NCBI GenBank assembly: GCA_046328525.1
Contig: JAXLWK010000004.1
Span: 212,221-276,220 of the forward strand
Source of the DNA: Anaerolineae bacterium
GTDB taxonomy: Bacteria; Chloroflexota; Anaerolineae; Epilineales; JAHCIE01
DNA: 64,000 bases
Direction of reading: 5' to 3'
Of the stretch, positions 62,568-64,000 are shown piece by piece (the first letter of the stretch is position 1; each line of letters begins with the position of its first letter). The translations under genes were made by a program, and so were the position numbers. The notes beneath the pieces are model-generated. The model did not search any database, had not been told where the DNA came from, and worked only from the letters and a program-made list of their open reading frames with translations.

Positions 62568-64000
62568 ACGGCGCAACCCTGAACCTCATCGAGCGGCCCT
62601 ACGCCGAGGTCGTGGACGACATCCTGACGGCCATCGTCGGCGGCGTGGTCAACGAGCCGATCTTCTTCGACCTCAAAGAGGACAGCTACCGCCTGTCTCA
62701 ACCGGCCAGCGACGTGCGCTCCATCACCGGCGCGCGCACCCCGCCCGGCGCGGCGGACGCGCAGCACGTCGCGTTCCAGAAGGGGCAGGACTTCGACTTC
62801 GACAGCGTCGCCAACACGGTCATCTGGCGGCCGAAGGGCGCGCACCCCGACGACGAGACGACGTTCTACGTGGACTACTTCCTGCGCGACGCCAACCCGC
62901 CGCTGACCGACATCAACGTCGGCAGCGTGACGCGCACCCTCAGCGAGGCCATCAGCGTCGAGATCGCCACGGTCTACCAGCAGATTAACCAGGCCTACCT
63001 GGCCGGGTTCATTGACACCGCGGCCGGCAAGTCCCTGGACCTGGTCGTGTCCATCCTCGGTGTGACGCGCAAGACGGCCGAGTACGCCCAGGGCCTGGCG
63101 ACGTTCTACCGCGACCCGGCGGTGCAGGGCGTCGTCACCATCGCCGAGGGCCTGAGCCTGAGCACCGACAAGGGCGTGACCTTCGTCACCAGCGAGCTGC
63201 GCACCATGCAGCGCGGCCAGGTGCGCATTGACGTGCCCATCCGCGCGACGGACGCCTCGAAGGGGCCGCTCGGCCAGGTCGGGCCGAACACCATCACCAC
63301 CCTGGCGCAGCCGCTGGCCGGCATCGGCCGCGTGACCAACCTCGAAGCGACCCAACTCGGCGCGGAGGCCGAAACCGACGAGCAACTGCGCGCCCGCGCC
63401 CGCGCCGTCCTGCGCGGCCTGGGCAAGGCGACCCTGGCGGCGCTCATCCAGGCGCTGTTCGATGCCCGCGCCAACCTGCTCGAAGTCTGGGACCCCAACG
63501 GTCCACCCGGCAAGACCCCGCCCGCCGCCGGCATGGTGACGCTGCTCATTGACACGCCGCCGGAGCGGTTCGCCGACGCCCAGGGCCGTGTCGAGGAGAC
63601 GCGGGCGGCCGGCGTCCAGGCGACCCTCGTCGCCAAGTACATTTTCTTCCGGCCGCGCCTCGTCATCCGCGCCACCCGCGACCTGACGCCCGACGGCAAG
63701 CTCAAGCTGGTCGGCCAGGTGGTCGAGGCGCTGGGCGGCGTGGCCGACACGCTGACGGCCGGCCAGCCAGCGAAGGGCAAGGAGCTGCTCGACGCGGTCA
63801 AGAAAGTACCGGACGTGGCGGGCGACGGCGCGAACGCCCCGCGCTTCGTGGACGTGATGGCCTGGCAGTCCGACATCGGCCAGCCGGCCGCCGCAACGCT
63901 CGTCAATGCCCTCGTGGACGCCGTCGCCGCGACGCCCACCGACGCGGACGCCCTGCGCGCCGCCTTCACCCGCATCGTGAACGACAGCGGGCCGGTCGCC
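62564..64000 (+). CDS. Baseplate J-like (gpJ/gp6) protein, 3' end beyond the window
   Basis: GTG start overlapping the gp25 stop (GTGA). VNGATLNLIERPYAEVVDDILTAIVGGVVNEPIFFD... ...GPNTITTLAQPLAGIGRVTNLEATQLGAEAETDEQLRARARAVL are typical Baseplate_J motifs. Confidence 0.7.
   Translation, partial: MNGATLNLIERPYAEVVDDILTAIVGGVVNEPIFFDLKEDSYRLSQPASDVRSITGARTPPGAADAQHVAFQKGQDFDFDSVANTVIWRPKGAHPDDETTFYVDYFLRDANPPLTDINVGSVTRTLSEAISVEIATVYQQINQAYLAGFIDTAAGKSLDLVVSILGVTRKTAEYAQGLATFYRDPAVQGVVTIAEGLSLSTDKGVTFVTSELRTMQRGQVRIDVPIRATDASKGPLGQVGPNTITTLAQPLAGIGRVTNLEATQLGAEAETDEQLRARARAVLRGLGKATLAALIQALFDARANLLEVWDPNGPPGKTPPAAGMVTLLIDTPPERFADAQGRVEETRAAGVQATLVAKYIFFRPRLVIRATRDLTPDGKLKLVGQVVEALGGVADTLTAGQPAKGKELLDAVKKVPDVAGDGANAPRFVDVMAWQSDIGQPAAATLVNALVDAVAATPTDADALRAAFTRIVNDSGPVA

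Noticed and set aside
45186-64000. Interpretation of the tail cluster as a complete prophage
   Set aside because: Nothing head- or DNA-packaging-related lies within 45 kb upstream; flanking genes are chromosomal. A downstream head module cannot be excluded from this window, so the call is left as a tail-like particle locus.

Overview
This is a 64 kb window of high-GC (~70%) bacterial chromosome, probably Chloroflexota- or Actinobacteria-like: strong Shine-Dalgarno sites, frequent GTG starts and many small palindromic dispersed repeats. About 60% is housekeeping. Those genes are an amidohydrolase, queA, an ABC exporter with two tandem-GNAT paralogs, a DUF2270/YitT-like membrane protein, tmRNA, mazG, a decayed ars operon, a PuuD-like amidotransferase, murI, psuG, FtsW/RodA, gltX, an HpcH aldolase, an EamA transporter, a cPGS-like protein with a flavoprotein, two tRNA-Ser genes, serS with a candidate T-box leader, and a SARP regulator. 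Four giant secreted repeat proteins are also present: NHL+PA14, an Ig-like protein, a double beta-helix protein, and a Reg_prop propeller.

The most striking feature is at ~45.2-64.0 kb, which continues off the window. It is a phage-tail-like contractile-injection-system/tailocin-type cluster with no head genes upstream. It begins with a three-domain lysin (GH25-C39-GH5-like) and two unknown genes. The structural genes follow: sheath, tube, a chaperone-like protein, a Pro/Ala-rich protein in the tape-measure position, and a paralogous pair of unknown proteins. Next comes a 1332-aa protein with OmpA, peptidoglycan-binding, Big and two HExxH metallopeptidase-like domains, sitting in the middle of the structural module. 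Then come the gpD hub, gpV spike, a PAAR-like protein, gp25 and gpJ.

Other notable items:
- An MmeI-family Type IIL restriction-modification enzyme is interrupted only by a -1 frameshift in a G7 tract (2359..5195).
- A macro-domain protein with an effector-associated-domain-like tail is cut by the window start.
- A 32-codon ORF sits in a free-standing unit with a near-consensus sigma70 promoter, a perfect SD and a rho-independent terminator.
- An arsC'-'arsM deletion-fusion pseudogene lies in the ars operon.
- At least six families of MITE/REP-like repeats occur; one is inserted in-frame twice inside a CDS.

All calls rest on manual translation and motif recognition; no database searches were run.
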